The notes under the pieces: model-generated
What the model was told of the DNA's origin: nothing
The model's database searches: none
Seen by the model: the letters and a program-made list of their open reading frames with translations, nothing else
Position numbers and translations under genes: made by a program
Origin: an uncultured Actinomycetota bacterium
Lineage (GTDB): Bacteria; Actinomycetota; Nitriliruptoria; Nitriliruptorales; Nitriliruptoraceae
NCBI GenBank assembly: GCA_964608935.1
Contig: CAZSQF010000001.1
Span: forward strand, 1-53,638
DNA length: 53,638 nucleotides
Reading direction: 5' to 3'
In this document: positions 25,458 to 34,931 of the stretch, in pieces
Numbering within the stretch: the stretch's first letter is position 1
Layout: each line of letters starts with the position of its first letter

Positions 25458-26168
25458 CTATCCGTCGGACGACCGCAGGAGCGCTTCGACGATCTCGAGG
25501 TCGGCTGCCGTCGCCACGTGCACGTTGCGGGGATCGCCCGGCACGACCCGCACTTCGTGGCCGAGCGCAGTGACGAGAGCCGTGTCCTCAACGGCGTCGG
25601 CCCCGGCGGCGTGTGCCGCGCGGAGGACTTCGAGACGGAAGGCCGTCGGTGTCTGGATCAGGACGAGATCATCGCGTCCCACAATGGCACCGGCCAGCTG
25701 GCCATCGCGATAGCGGACCAGGTCCGCGGGCTGCAGGCCAGGCGCCGCCGCGGCGGCCCCGTCCTCGACTGCGTGTAAGAGCGCCGCGAAGGTCTCAAGC
25801 GATGCGAGCGGGTTCGCCGCCTGGTGCACGATGACGATCCCCTCGTCCGCAGCAATGGCACCCAACCCGGCGCGCACGGACGCTCCACGGTCCGAGCCCC
25901 CAGAGACGACGTGCGCAACCGGGGGCCCGTCCCACGGACAGCCCGGCGGCAGTACGAGCACCACGTGGTCACAGGCCCGGGTGGTTGCCTCAACGGCGAG
26001 ATCCACGAGGCGTCGGCCCGACGCTTCCACGAACTGCTTTGGGCCACCGAACCTCGCACCAACCCCCGCGGCTAGCACGATGCCCCAGACGCGCCCAGGG
26101 ATCCCCTCGCTCGAACGCTGCCGCATCTTGGGACCCTGTCGCGACCCCGTTGTCGGTCGATCCCGCAT
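25458..26168 (-). CDS. IspD/TarI-family cytidylyltransferase
   Basis: GIVLAAGVGARFGGPKQF, and the VHQAANP and QTPTAF motifs. The ATG at 26166-26168 follows ggtgggga. An alternative ATG is at 26124-26126. Confidence 0.8.
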   Translation of the reverse strand: MRDRPTTGSRQGPKMRQRSSEGIPGRVWGIVLAAGVGARFGGPKQFVEASGRRLVDLAVEATTRACDHVVLVLPPGCPWDGPPVAHVVSGGSDRGASVRAGLGAIAADEGIVIVHQAANPLASLETFAALLHAVEDGAAAAAPGLQPADLVRYRDGQLAGAIVGRDDLVLIQTPTAFRLEVLRAAHAAGADAVEDTALVTALGHEVRVVPGDPRNVHVATAADLEIVEALLRSSDG

Positions 26169-26307
26169 GAAAAATCCCCACCGCTGCGTCGGAGACGGTC
26201 CGCCCCGGGAGCGCTGACCATAGACCCGACCGAGTCACCGTGTCCGTGGGTGGTCATCGAGTTCTGCGACTAGCCTGGCCGTTCCGACAACCCGGTGATC
26301 GTCCTTG

Positions 26308-28002
26308 ATGACCCGGCTCGTTCGCGGTCGTCGTGTTCCAGGGGCCGAAGACTTGTTCGCTGACGGGAGAACCGTTCCCTCCGGTGAGATAGTGGAGACG
26401 GAGGTCTGCATCGTTGGGGCGGGCCCTGCCGGGCTAGTCCTCGCGCAGGAACTCGGAGCGGCCGGCATCGAGATCGTGCTGGTCGAGCGGGGTGCGCAGG
26501 GGTCGCGACCGGCCGTTCCCGACACTGCGATCAACGTGGGCATCAAGTACGACCCCGTATCCTCCCGGTCGTTCGAGGTCGGTGGGTCCGTGCAGCGATG
26601 GAAGGTCCGCACACCCCTTGGTCAGGGATTCGGCCGGCTGCGAGAGCTCGAACCGATCGATTTCGAACGGCGCGACTGGGTCCCACACAGCGGTTGGCCC
26701 TTCGGCAAGGAGCAGCTGCGACCGTTCTATGCGAGGGCCCGTGGATTCTTCGAGTGCGACTGGCCGTCCGCCGACCCCGAACCAGGCTGGGACGAGTCGC
26801 TCCACGCCGGCCCCTTCGCTGCCGGAACACGAACGACGACCCGGGTGTTCTCGTTCGTGAACCCTGGGGTCTTCCCCGGGGGGGTATGGCGGTCGATCAC
26901 CAACTCCGAACGGGTCATGGCACTGACCAACGCCGTCGCGGTGGAGGTTCGCTGCGACGCGTCCCCGACGACTGTCTCGTCGGTGAGGGTGCAGACCGCC
27001 AGTGACCACGAGTTCTCGGTTCGGGCGCGGACGTACCTGCTCGCGGCGGGTGGGATCGAGAACGCGCGGCTTCTCCTCGTGTCGCGAGATCGGCAACCGA
27101 ACGGGTTGGGCAACCAGCACGATCTCGTCGGCCGCTACTTCATGGAGCACCCCCACTACGCCTCAGGAAGGGTGGTCCCTGCCAGTCGTGATGCATTCGT
27201 CGACGAGTCGCACTACGAGATCCATTCGCGTGACGGTGTCATCCTCCAGAAGAAGTACTGCCTCCCGGAATCGACCGTGCGGAGGGAGGGCCTGCTGGGC
27301 TGCACGTTCCGGTTCGAGGCGAAGCCGCTAACCGACAGCGACCACACGCTTCGCTACAGCGAGAAGGCCTCGTCAAGCATCGATGAAGCCACCAGCCTGG
27401 CACGTGCGGTTCTCGGCCGCCAGCGTGGACACCAGCCGGGGGAGGTCCTTCGACGGGCCCTCGCGGGGGCGCCACATGTCGTTCGGTATGCCGTGAACCG
27501 TGGTCGGGTCAAGCTCCTACGCGCGGCGAAGGCAGGCCGATACGTGGAGCCGCAGGCGTTCTGGATCCGTGCCATGGCAGAACAGGCACCCAATCCGGCA
27601 AGCCGCCTGCGGTTGCTGCCCGAACGAGACCGATTCGGCGTCCCACTCGTGGCGCTGGATTGGCGCTGGACGGACCAGGACGTGAGCAGCATGAAGCGGT
27701 CACAGGAGTTGCTCGCACAGGCGTTGGCGTCGAACGGACATCGAAGCGAATCGTTGTTGGAAGGGCGCCGTCTCCCTCCCGCGCTCTCCGGTGGCATGCA
27801 CCACATGGGGACCACGCGCATGGCCGACGCACCCCGGGACGGCGTGGTCGACCGCCACGGCCGGGTGCATGGTGTCGACAACCTCTTCATCGCAGGGTCG
27901 TCGGTGTTCCCGACCGTCGGCTACGCCAACCCGACCCTGACCATCATCGCGATGTCGCTCCGCCTGGCGGACCACGTGCGTGCTCTTGTGCGAGGATCCT
28001 GA
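26308..28002 (+). CDS. GMC-family FAD oxidoreductase
   Basis: VCIVGAGPAGLVLAQEL...VLVERG, and C-terminal HHMGTTRM and NLFIAGSSVFPT. Confidence 0.85.
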   Translation: MTRLVRGRRVPGAEDLFADGRTVPSGEIVETEVCIVGAGPAGLVLAQELGAAGIEIVLVERGAQGSRPAVPDTAINVGIKYDPVSSRSFEVGGSVQRWKVRTPLGQGFGRLRELEPIDFERRDWVPHSGWPFGKEQLRPFYARARGFFECDWPSADPEPGWDESLHAGPFAAGTRTTTRVFSFVNPGVFPGGVWRSITNSERVMALTNAVAVEVRCDASPTTVSSVRVQTASDHEFSVRARTYLLAAGGIENARLLLVSRDRQPNGLGNQHDLVGRYFMEHPHYASGRVVPASRDAFVDESHYEIHSRDGVILQKKYCLPESTVRREGLLGCTFRFEAKPLTDSDHTLRYSEKASSSIDEATSLARAVLGRQRGHQPGEVLRRALAGAPHVVRYAVNRGRVKLLRAAKAGRYVEPQAFWIRAMAEQAPNPASRLRLLPERDRFGVPLVALDWRWTDQDVSSMKRSQELLAQALASNGHRSESLLEGRRLPPALSGGMHHMGTTRMADAPRDGVVDRHGRVHGVDNLFIAGSSVFPTVGYANPTLTIIAMSLRLADHVRALVRGS

Positions 28003-29084
28003 AGGACTCCGTCGGGCCTGCGGCTTCCTTGGTCCGGTCCAGCCGCATCGATCGAGAGGCCTGGGAGCCGTCGCCTCACACCCCGCAGGATCCGTCTGAC
28101 CGGCACGGTGACGGGAGCCGTGGCCCGCGGCAGCCGCTTCGGGCGCCAGTCGGACAACGTCTCGAACAGCAACGTCTCCCAGCGGGCCGTAATGCTCTCG
28201 ACCGAGAACTCGGTGGCGCGTTCGAGGCCGTTGGCCACCATCGCCTCGTAGAGCGATGGGTCGTCGCACAGCCGTGACATCGCCTCGGCCGCGTCCTTCG
28301 GCGACGAGATCTCCAGGTAGTCGAGCGGGGATCGTCGCAGCTCCCGATACGCCGGTTCCGGACCCAGGAGGGCCGGCGTACCTGCGCGCCAGGCGTTGAT
28401 CAGCTTGACGGCCGGCTTGTGTCGATATCGGTCCAGACTGGGTGGTCGCACCGCAAGGACGACGTCCGTTTCGGCGTAGTCGTGCCATTTCGAGTTCGAC
28501 CCGATCCGGATACCCGCACCAAGACCTGCCAGGCGTGGATCATCCGACTCGAGTGGAGCGTCGACGACGAAGGTGAGGCCACGCTCGGCCAGGAATCGTT
28601 CCCATTTCTTGGTCAGGAACTCTGGGCGGAGGTTGTCCGTGTTGCCCTTGTAGGTGACGGTGGTCACGTCGGCCCCACGGTCCGGGGCTCGCGGGACCAG
28701 ACCAGGCTGTGGCCAGTTGGGGATGAAGAAGCGACGACGGCCGTCTTCCCGCAGCCCGTTGTGTTGGACGATGACGTCGGCAAAAGACACTTCGGGCGCA
28801 AGCCGGTCGGCCTGCACGCACACCACGGTCGGGCGATTCTTCCTCGACCGTTCCGCCTGGAACTGGCGCATGTCCCCCGCGAACACGACAACGATCCCGT
28901 TGCGCGGCGGATAGTTGGAAAGCTGCACTGCGTGGCCGGCCTGTCGAAGACGGATGTAGGTGTGAGGGATGGCCTGGCCCCGGGAGTTGCGGAACGGTCG
29001 CCAATCCGTCTCGGGATCGATGTGATCGAACTGCGCCGGATCCGTCAGCTTGGGCAGGTAGAAGGTGACCGTCGAGGTGGACAC
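27921..29084 (-). CDS. Hypothetical protein with a GT-B-like C-terminal half (putative glycosyl or polyol-phosphate transferase)
   Basis: Long coding-like ORF with a GTG start. DVVLAVRP...KPAVKLINAWRAGTPALL resembles the donor-binding half of GT-B enzymes. No canonical E-x7-E motif. Confidence 0.5.
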   Translation of the reverse strand: MSTSTVTFYLPKLTDPAQFDHIDPETDWRPFRNSRGQAIPHTYIRLRQAGHAVQLSNYPPRNGIVVVFAGDMRQFQAERSRKNRPTVVCVQADRLAPEVSFADVIVQHNGLREDGRRRFFIPNWPQPGLVPRAPDRGADVTTVTYKGNTDNLRPEFLTKKWERFLAERGLTFVVDAPLESDDPRLAGLGAGIRIGSNSKWHDYAETDVVLAVRPPSLDRYRHKPAVKLINAWRAGTPALLGPEPAYRELRRSPLDYLEISSPKDAAEAMSRLCDDPSLYEAMVANGLERATEFSVESITARWETLLFETLSDWRPKRLPRATAPVTVPVRRILRGVRRRLPGLSIDAAGPDQGSRRPDGVLQDPRTRARTWSARRSDIAMMVRVGLA

Positions 29085-29200
29085 GTACGCTGTCTCCGTC
29101 CGAACGAGATGGGACAGTATCGTGACCCACGTCGCTTCACGTCCTTCTGACAGGTCCCTGCTCGATCGGGGTCTATCGGCCGTCCATATGGACTGAACTC

Positions 29201-30214
29201 ATGTTGTACGGGGCGCTGGTGACGTATCGGAGGCCGGGTGAGCTCGCGGCCTTCCTCTCGGCGATGGCCCGCCAGACGCGGCCGCTCGACTACCTGGTCG
29301 TGGTCGACAACGACCCGGCGGGAAGCGGATGGCTGCCCGTCCAGGCCCATCTCGATGCGGTAGCCGCCTCCGGCGATGGAGCCGCCGCCCCGCGGATCGA
29401 CTACCTCCCGCAGGAGGAGAACCTGGGCGCGGCCGGTGGCTGGGCGGTGGGCCAGACGTTCCTGTCGCGCATCGCCACCGCTGACGACTGGATCGTGATG
29501 CTCGACGACGACGATCCGCCCACCGACGACGGCGTGCTCGAGGCGCGTGAGACCTTCACCGACAGCCTGATCCTCGAGGATCCGCTGGCGGCCGCGATCG
29601 GCGGCGTGGGGGCGTTCCTCGACCGTCGCCGCGGCCGGCTCCGACGCCTGGGCGATGCCGAACTCTCGGGCCCGGTCCGGGTCGACTACGTCGGCAGCAA
29701 CCACTTTCCCCTCTACCGCGTCGGCGTGATGCGCGAGCTCGGGCCGTTCCTCCCCGGCCTTTTCCTTGGCTACACGGAGCTGGAGTACGCTCTCCGCGTT
29801 CACGATGCCGGGTTCCGGATGTATGTGGACGGCGACGCCGTGCTCGCCCGTCGTGCTCGGCGCGGTGGGCTCGGACGCCCGAGCCGCTCGAGGAGTCGGG
29901 TGGGCACATCGATGCCGCCGTGGCGCGTCTACTACACGACAAGGAATCTGGTTTGGATGCTCAGGGCCACGGGTCACCGTGGAGGCGCCCTTCGGGTGAG
30001 TGTCCGCCGGGGGCTGGGTCGGGGCCTGTCCCAGCTTCTCGTGGCGCCTACACGCGCACCGAGGTATCTTCGCGCCGGCTTGCGCGGCGCCCGGCACGGA
30101 TGGAACGGGGTCCTCGGGCCTGTCATCGATCCGGACGACCCGTCGCTGACCATTCGTGAGGACAGGATGCTGCGACGGAACGGGCTCATGCGGGAACCGA
30201 TCGAACTCACATGA
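29201..30214 (+). CDS. Glycosyltransferase family 2
   Basis: VTYRRPGELAAFLSAMARQTRPLDYLVVVDND, the DxD region IVMLDDDD, and NLGAAGG. Confidence 0.8.
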   Translation: MLYGALVTYRRPGELAAFLSAMARQTRPLDYLVVVDNDPAGSGWLPVQAHLDAVAASGDGAAAPRIDYLPQEENLGAAGGWAVGQTFLSRIATADDWIVMLDDDDPPTDDGVLEARETFTDSLILEDPLAAAIGGVGAFLDRRRGRLRRLGDAELSGPVRVDYVGSNHFPLYRVGVMRELGPFLPGLFLGYTELEYALRVHDAGFRMYVDGDAVLARRARRGGLGRPSRSRSRVGTSMPPWRVYYTTRNLVWMLRATGHRGGALRVSVRRGLGRGLSQLLVAPTRAPRYLRAGLRGARHGWNGVLGPVIDPDDPSLTIREDRMLRRNGLMREPIELT

Positions 30215-30304
30215 TCCGCCTACTCGCCAGTCGACGGCAGCCAGGCGCCAGGGCGTACTACTGTACGCGAGCCAGGGGGCCGGGGTGTTCGTCCGGGGAG
30301 GGGC

Positions 30305-31528
30305 ATGGTGCTGATCGACAACTATCGCACAGAGGGCGGGCAAGGGATCACGCGATTCCTGGCGACGGTCCGCTGGGAGGACCGGACACGCGAGCCCTTT
30401 GACGTCAGCTTCGCCGTCCAGGAGCAAGACACGGCTCGTGCCACCCTGAACCCCGACGCGTTTCGGGTTCCGGCGGCGATCGTCGCGCTGCATGACCACG
30501 AACAACGGATCAGTGGCGAAGGGGAACTTTGCCCCTTCCTCCGCGACGGCTTGGAGAACTCGTTCGCTTGGCTCCGGCGTTGGGCGGGTTCGTCGTCGCC
30601 GGGGCCGACGATCGACCTTCCGGTCCGCTGCTCACATCCAGGGGTGGAGACGGCCGCGAGCGGCATGTTGCTGTCCGGCGGCGTGGACTCGATGGCAGCG
30701 CTCGTAGCCAACCACACTGCGTATCCCCATGGACACGAGCGACGTTTCTCGGTCGCGTTCGTAGTCGTGGGCATTCAGCACTACCGGTGGGCGCACTTGG
30801 ACGAGGTCGAGGCTCAACTTGGCGCTGCTCGGAAACAACTGGCCCCCGTGGGGGACGCGACTGGTGTGAATATCGTTCCAGTCGCGACGAATCTGCGCGG
30901 TCTGAACCGGGACAGCTGGTTCTGGAAGTACGAGTTTCAGGGCGCCGCCTTGTCCGGCATCGCGCACCTGTTCGCGACCAGCCTCAGCGATGTGGCGATC
31001 GCCAGCACGTGGCAGATCAGCCACCTCGACCGGTGGGGGTCGCATCCGCTGCTCGATCCTGGTTACGGGACACACTCGCTGCGGATCTGGCATGAACTGG
31101 CGCACCTCGGACGGCTGGAGAAGACCGAGCTGATCGCTCAGCGGCCGGAGTTGCTCCAGCCGTTGAATGTCTGCAACGAGAGGGCGGGAGGCGACCTGAA
31201 CTGCGGCCACTGCGAGAAGTGCGTCCGCACGATGCTCGCGCTCGAATCGATGGGGCAGCTGGGCGAGAGCGAGGCCTTCGCGAGGGTCACGCTCCGGCGA
31301 GACGACCTGCGGGGTATCCGGATCGGCGACCGCGGCCTCGAGGGCGAGTACCTCGAGCTGATAGAACCGCTCCTGCGGGTGGGTCGTCCCGATCTGGCCT
31401 CAGCAATCAGTCGCATGGTTCGGTTCGGCCGACTTCGCAGAAGCCTGCCCGACCGGCTGACTCGGTCCTGGCGACGCGTCGCGCCAACGGCGGTCCGCCA
31501 ATGGCTCCGAACTCCGCGGTTGTCCTGA
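30305..31528 (+). CDS. PP-loop (adenine nucleotide alpha-hydrolase superfamily) ATPase of unknown specificity
   Basis: The SD ggggagggg precedes the ATG. PP-loop motif LLSGGVDSMAAL. QueC-like Cys cluster NCGHCEKCVRT. The roughly 125-aa N-terminal domain has no motif I recognise. Confidence 0.6.
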   Translation: MVLIDNYRTEGGQGITRFLATVRWEDRTREPFDVSFAVQEQDTARATLNPDAFRVPAAIVALHDHEQRISGEGELCPFLRDGLENSFAWLRRWAGSSSPGPTIDLPVRCSHPGVETAASGMLLSGGVDSMAALVANHTAYPHGHERRFSVAFVVVGIQHYRWAHLDEVEAQLGAARKQLAPVGDATGVNIVPVATNLRGLNRDSWFWKYEFQGAALSGIAHLFATSLSDVAIASTWQISHLDRWGSHPLLDPGYGTHSLRIWHELAHLGRLEKTELIAQRPELLQPLNVCNERAGGDLNCGHCEKCVRTMLALESMGQLGESEAFARVTLRRDDLRGIRIGDRGLEGEYLELIEPLLRVGRPDLASAISRMVRFGRLRRSLPDRLTRSWRRVAPTAVRQWLRTPRLS

Positions 31529-31591
31529 GCGTGCGAACCACGACTCGAGCGGCCGCCGGCTAACGTCCGTGCGAACGAAAGGCAGCGTTCA

Positions 31592-31831
31592 GTGGATCTC
31601 GACGACGTGATGTCCCTTCTCCAGCAGACGCTGCGACTGGACGTGCCCTTGGACGCGGACACGCCCTTGTTGTCATCGGGGCTCATCGACAGCCTGGGCG
31701 TGGTCGTAGTGGTCACAGAGCTCGAGGCCCGCTACGGCGTCAAGATCGACGAGGCCGACATCGGCGTCGAGCGCTTCGACACGCCAGCCCAGATCTTGGA
31801 CTACCTGTCGTCGCGAACACGTACGGGCTGA
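31592..31831 (+). CDS. Free-standing acyl/peptidyl carrier protein (DltC/ACP-like)
   Basis: 79 aa with a GTG start after gaaagg. Phosphopantetheine-site context LLSSGLIDSLGVVVVVTELE (the DSL motif). Confidence 0.7.
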   Translation: MDLDDVMSLLQQTLRLDVPLDADTPLLSSGLIDSLGVVVVVTELEARYGVKIDEADIGVERFDTPAQILDYLSSRTRTG

Positions 31832-31928
31832 GAACGCGTTCGCGATCGGCTGTACCATTCCTCAGGCCCTCGGGCGTGACAGATGTCGAGCTTCAAGGGG
31901 GCAGGTCAGACTACCTAGGAGACCCACG

Positions 31929-33767
31929 GTGGGCAGCATCCGGCAGGTCCAGTTCGTGCTGGGCAGACACCGCCGCAGGAAATGGATCCTGCTCATCGTC
32001 CTCGCACTGATGCTCAGCGGCCTCGAGGTCGCGGCCGCTGCCCTCGTGTTCCTCCTCATCGGGCAAGTCGCCGAGCCGACCGGCCCCGTGGAACTTCCCT
32101 TCGTCGGAGATCCCGCTCGACTTCTGCCGTGGTTCAGCGACACGCAGATCGTGTTCGTCCTGACCGCGGGAATAGGCACGTTCTTCATTGCGCGTGCTGC
32201 CTTTCTCGTGTTCCAGAAGTATGCGCAGTCGAGAGTGGTTAACAACGCGACAGCCGAGATCTCCGCAAGACTGGTCAAGGGGTATCTCAAGATGCCCTAT
32301 GCCCTTCATCTGCGACGCAACTCAGCGGAACTGGTCCGCAACGCCTTTTTCAACGTCCAGACGCTGACGAAGCTTCTGGAATCGGGTGTCAAGCTGATGG
32401 CCGAATCGCTCATCATCCTGGGGCTGCTCGCGGCGATGATCCTGCTTGCCCCAGTCGCGACGATCGTTGCAACGCTAGTGCTCGGGCCCCTGACGTTCCT
32501 CGTCCTCCGAATCGTCAAGGCCAGGACGAGGGCCTATGGAGAAGCGATTAAGGAGGCAGAGAAGGAAGGGCTGACCGTCGTCCAGGAAGGACTTGCCGGG
32601 ATCCGCGACCTACGGATCCTCGGAGCGGAGGAATTCTTTGCGAAAGCCTACCGGACGACGAGAACTAGCCAGGCAAGGAGCCGCATGAGATATGCGGCGG
32701 TAGGCGAAGCGCCCCGGGCACTCATCGAAACGCTCCTGGTCCTTCTCATCGCGGGCTTCTTCGCCTTCGTCACCGCGTCGCCGGGAATGACGACGGCAAC
32801 GCTTTCCATCCTGGGGCTTTTCGCGTACGTGGGTGTCAGGATGAAGCCTTCGATTCAGGCCGTCATCTCAGGGGTCAACAACATTCGTCACTACGCTCCG
32901 GCGCTGGACGACGTCGCCAGCGACCTGCTTGCGATCAAACATCAGTCACGTGAGGCCAGTCCAGGGCCGGCCGTGCCTCGCCTTGAGAAGGAGATCAAGC
33001 TCGAAGGCGTCGACTTTGCCTACGAAGGGGCCGACACGCCAGCCCTCGTGGACATCGACCTCACCATCCCCCGCGGGACCGCCCTAGGCATCGTTGGACC
33101 CACAGGCGGGGGCAAGAGCACGCTTGTCGACGTGATCAGCGGTCTCCTCCCCCCCTCTCGCGGGACGGTTTCGGTGGACGGCGTGGACATCCACGCGTCG
33201 GACATTCGGACCTGGTACGACCAGCTTGGAGTGGTCTCGCAGGCGGTGTTCATTCTGGACGCCACGGTCAGACAGAACGTTGCGCTGGGTGTTCCGACCC
33301 ACCAGGTCGACGAGGCTGCCCTTCTCGAGGCCGTGCACCTCGCCCAGCTAGAGCCCGTGGTCAGTGAGCTGCCGGAGGGCCTGGATACCCGTCTGGGCGA
33401 GCGAGGCGTGCGGCTATCCGGGGGCCAGCGGCAGCGTGTCGCGATCGCTCGCGCCCTCTACCGACGGTCGGACGTGTTGATCTTCGATGAAGGGACCGCC
33501 GCCCTCGACAACACAACCGAGGCGGAACTTGTGGCGGCCCTCGAGGGTCTGCGCGGAAGAAAGACACTAATCCTCGTCGCCCACCGCCTCTCGACGGTCC
33601 GCCACTGCGATCACGTCATCGTCATTGAAAGCGGCCGCATCGAGGACGCCGGGACCTTTGAGCAACTCGCGGGACGACATCCGATGTTCGCTGCATTGCG
33701 GACCGGATCGGTGTCAGCGCAGCCATCTGTGGAGCAGGCTTCCCAGCCTGGTCGCGTCGGTGGATAG
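31929..33767 (+). CDS. ABC exporter, fused permease-ATPase (MsbA/PglK type)
   Basis: Six-helix N-terminal TMD. Walker A GPTGGGKST, signature LSGGQRQR, Walker B VLIFDE. Confidence 0.9.
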   Translation: MGSIRQVQFVLGRHRRRKWILLIVLALMLSGLEVAAAALVFLLIGQVAEPTGPVELPFVGDPARLLPWFSDTQIVFVLTAGIGTFFIARAAFLVFQKYAQSRVVNNATAEISARLVKGYLKMPYALHLRRNSAELVRNAFFNVQTLTKLLESGVKLMAESLIILGLLAAMILLAPVATIVATLVLGPLTFLVLRIVKARTRAYGEAIKEAEKEGLTVVQEGLAGIRDLRILGAEEFFAKAYRTTRTSQARSRMRYAAVGEAPRALIETLLVLLIAGFFAFVTASPGMTTATLSILGLFAYVGVRMKPSIQAVISGVNNIRHYAPALDDVASDLLAIKHQSREASPGPAVPRLEKEIKLEGVDFAYEGADTPALVDIDLTIPRGTALGIVGPTGGGKSTLVDVISGLLPPSRGTVSVDGVDIHASDIRTWYDQLGVVSQAVFILDATVRQNVALGVPTHQVDEAALLEAVHLAQLEPVVSELPEGLDTRLGERGVRLSGGQRQRVAIARALYRRSDVLIFDEGTAALDNTTEAELVAALEGLRGRKTLILVAHRLSTVRHCDHVIVIESGRIEDAGTFEQLAGRHPMFAALRTGSVSAQPSVEQASQPGRVGG

Positions 33768-33877
33768 GTCCCTTAGACAGATTTCGAGCCCCGCCCCAGC
33801 GAACTGGGCTGGGTTACTAGGGAGAGGTGTGGGACCGCAAGTGTGGCGTGATTCGACAGCTAGCATGTGAGGCTGGC

Positions 33878-34813
33878 ATGAACGCTGACGGATCCGGTTC
33901 TAACCTCCGCAAACTCATTCGTGAGGACTTCGCCACCCACGGATCTCGCTTGAGGAGCCCGGGGTTTCAGTCGCTGATCGTCTACCGCTTCGGCAACTGG
34001 CGCAACACGCTCGCCCCCGGAATCGCGCGGAAACTCTTGCACCTCCCCTACGAGGCGCTGAGACGCTCGGTGCGGAATCGCCACCGGATCGAGATCCACC
34101 ACATGGCGGTGATCGGTCACCGAGTGAGCGTGTCCGATCATGGAGCGATCGTCGTGGGCAACGAGTCCACGATCGGTGACGACTGTGTCATCGCCGCCGA
34201 CGTCACGATGGCGAAGACCAAGGTCGGCGCTCCGGGCCGGCCAACAATCGGTCAGCGAGTCGTGATCGGCCCCGGTGCAGCGTTCGTGGGCGGAGTCCGA
34301 GTTGGTGACGATGCGATCATCGGGCCGAATGTGGTCGTGTTCGCTGACGTGCCGGCGCGTGCGGTCCTCATGGCGCCGCAGGCGCGGATGGAGCCTCGCG
34401 CAGAACCCGACGAGGCCGTGCGGACGCAACAGGTGTCTGCTGGCCTCGTACCCTTCAGGTCTCAGGATGTGCCGAGTCGGATCCGAGTCGGCGACGGTGT
34501 GCTCGCAGCGCGCTCGGTTCTGCCTAGGTTCGAGGGGCCAGTGGACGTCGGCGACGGGTGTGTACTGCACGAGCGCGTCACGGTCGGTTGGGACCCGCCA
34601 TACGACTCGCGGCCGGAGGGGAAGCCGACACGCCTCGGCCAACGAGTCGAGCTTTCGGCGGGCTCGGTCGTCCTCCGAGGGGTTTCGGTCGGCGACGACG
34701 CCTGGATAGGCCCGAATGTGGTCGTGGATCACGATGTTCCGGCGCAGGCGTCGATGACGTGCGAGCCAGCGCGGATCTTCGGCGGACTCCGCAGCTCACG
34801 CCAACCCGAATGA
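33878..34813 (+). CDS. Acetyltransferase with a WcaB/CysE-like N-region and two left-handed beta-helix segments
   Basis: LRKLIREDFATHGSRLRSPGFQSLIVYRFGNW is paralogous to the genes at 36155 and 42956. Two separate hexapeptide blocks are present. ATG at 33878 follows gagg. Confidence 0.75.
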   Translation: MNADGSGSNLRKLIREDFATHGSRLRSPGFQSLIVYRFGNWRNTLAPGIARKLLHLPYEALRRSVRNRHRIEIHHMAVIGHRVSVSDHGAIVVGNESTIGDDCVIAADVTMAKTKVGAPGRPTIGQRVVIGPGAAFVGGVRVGDDAIIGPNVVVFADVPARAVLMAPQARMEPRAEPDEAVRTQQVSAGLVPFRSQDVPSRIRVGDGVLAARSVLPRFEGPVDVGDGCVLHERVTVGWDPPYDSRPEGKPTRLGQRVELSAGSVVLRGVSVGDDAWIGPNVVVDHDVPAQASMTCEPARIFGGLRSSRQPE

Positions 34814-34846
34814 TTCTTGCTACGCCTCAAGCCCTGACAAGCCTGC

Positions 34847-34867
34847 AACAAGAGCATTGCTCTTGTT
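34847..34867 (+). terminator. Candidate intrinsic terminator hairpin
   Basis: Perfect 9-bp stem aacaagagc / gctcttgtt with a 3-nt loop, 34 nt after the stop at 34813. No T-tract follows. Confidence 0.3.
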
Positions 34868-34931
34868 AGACGCCTGACTTCGTCATGGCGAGACTAACTG
34901 TCATATCATTGGCTGGAGAAAGGGAATCAAA

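Noticed and set aside
29045-30505. 486-aa minus-strand ORF. The same applies to 20944..22146, 10078..11313, 11244..12476, 8455..9528, 44658..45863, 49065..50255, 52134..53207 and others.
   Set aside because: All are antisense to genes with clear family motifs. All have low-complexity Arg/Pro/Gly-rich translations. These are shadow ORFs expected at about 70% GC.
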